Source of the DNA: an uncultured Candidatus Saccharibacteria bacterium
GTDB taxonomy: Bacteria; Patescibacteriota; CPR2_A; CG2-30-33-46; CAZGIU01
Reading direction: 5' to 3'
Length of the DNA stretch: 35,161 bases
Assembly (NCBI GenBank): GCA_964526535.1
Contig: CAZGIU010000002.1
Span: 1-35,161 of the forward strand
Shown: piece after piece, positions 34,615-35,161 of the stretch
How the letters are laid out: the number at the start of each line of letters is the position of its first letter
How positions within the stretch are numbered: position 1 is the stretch's first letter
The notes under the pieces: model-generated
Told to the model about the DNA's origin: nothing
Databases searched by the model: none
What the model saw: only the letters and a program-made list of their open reading frames with translations
Translations under genes and position numbers: made by a program

Positions 34615-35019
34615 TTAGATTAGATCTAAACCAGGCTCATCACCAACTTCATAAACAGCATTATTACTGCCACCATCAGTTGAAGCTGAATCATCGTTAG
34701 CATTTTCTAAGGTAGCATTAAGCTCATAAGTTGTACCTGAAGTGGCATAACCATAAGCTGCACCAGTAGTTGGGTCAGTTGGCACCTGTGGCATATACTG
34801 AACAACTAAGTTACTCAAAGCTGCTGGATAATTGCCGTTGTTATCATCAGCATAGTTAGTTAGCGCAGTTTGAATGGTTCTTAAATCACCTTTACGCTTG
34901 GTATCTCTAGCTTTAAGTCTGGCTTGACCTAGATAAGAGATAACCAAAGCAGCCAAAATACCAATAATGGCTACTACTACCAAAAGCTCAATTAGAGTAA
35001 AGCCTTTTTTATTTCTCAT
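34615..35019 (-). CDS. Type IV pilin / GspG-like, probable major pilin
   Basis: MRNKKG|FTLIELLVVVAIIGILAA prepilin signal and DLRTIQTALTNY. The globular part is rich in Ala/Gly/Thr. It has a strong SD aaggagg, its own promoter and its own terminator. Confidence 0.85.
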   Translation of the reverse strand: MRNKKGFTLIELLVVVAIIGILAALVISYLGQARLKARDTKRKGDLRTIQTALTNYADDNNGNYPAALSNLVVQYMPQVPTDPTTGAAYGYATSGTTYELNATLENANDDSASTDGGSNNAVYEVGDEPGLDLI

Positions 35020-35087
35020 TAAGCCTCCTTGTTAATTATATATTTTGATAATTACGAAGTCTCCGACCTAAAGACTTCCTTTCTTTA

Positions 35088-35116
35088 ATTATATCACAGA
35101 TTATTTAAAAAATCAA
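35088..35116 (-). promoter_or_regulatory. Extended -10 sigma-70 promoter for the first pilin gene
   Basis: On the minus strand, TTGATT (35111-35116), a 17-nt spacer ending in TGa, then TATAAT (35088-35093). A 5'-proximal 7-bp hairpin gaagtct/agacttc (35056-35078) sits at the predicted start of the transcript. Confidence 0.6.
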
Positions 35117-35161
35117 TTAACTGTATAAGTCACACACTTATGAGACTCTGGGTATTTTTTA

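Noticed and set aside
1-35161. CRISPR arrays, tandem repeats, rRNA/tRNA/tmRNA/SRP/RNase P genes, toxin-antitoxin pairs or defence islands.
   Set aside because: All intergenic spaces longer than about 100 bp were read on both strands: 1800-2391, 5104-5285, 8657-8807, 18014-18192, 19246-19464 and 29460-29650. None shows regularly spaced repeats, cloverleaf-compatible sequence or conserved RNA-gene boxes. Every long ORF has a housekeeping assignment.

Overview
This is a visibly AT-rich, densely packed bacterial window made up almost entirely of core housekeeping genes. TGA and TAA both end well-conserved genes at the expected lengths, so the genetic code is standard (table 11). The gene set and style are consistent with a small-genome, Patescibacteria/CPR-like organism: short or N-terminally trimmed enzymes, tandem GspG-like pilins with a prepilin peptidase, and Lys-rich tails on ribosomal proteins. 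That lineage call is inference only.

Gene order, left to right:
- membrane protein, miaB-like methylthiotransferase, a decayed guanylate-kinase-like gene, RimK-like ATP-grasp ligase, thrS, tsaD
- femAB-family transferase and murE, then polA, a thioredoxin-like protein, mutM and holA
- rpsT, uppP, a PRC-barrel protein, tlyA, efp, rpsR-ssb-rpsF, ychF
- a zinc-ribbon/DUF4352 membrane protein, xerC/D, mnmG, recX-recA, a RodZ-like protein, ftsK
- an RNA-turnover block (rnj, pnp, rpsO, DHH-family protein)
- pilD plus two tandem prepilins

I saw no rRNA, tRNA, CRISPR array, transposase or obvious multi-gene accessory or defence system.

The observations most worth follow-up are non-coding or degenerative:
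1. A promoter-proximal element of multiply nested inverted repeats, with an overlapping intrinsic terminator, upstream of the zinc-ribbon/DUF4352 gene. It is a candidate undescribed leader RNA or sRNA.
2. A compact T-box-like leader upstream of thrS.
3. A guanylate-kinase-like pseudogene carrying five in-frame stops and no frameshift.
4. A DHH/DHHA1 protein with most catalytic motifs substituted, sitting in the RNA-decay cluster.
5. A MurE lacking the DNPR motif, translationally coupled to a FemAB-family transferase.
6. An expression-optimised major-pilin cassette.

All functional calls rest on recognising motifs in the supplied translations. No database search was run.
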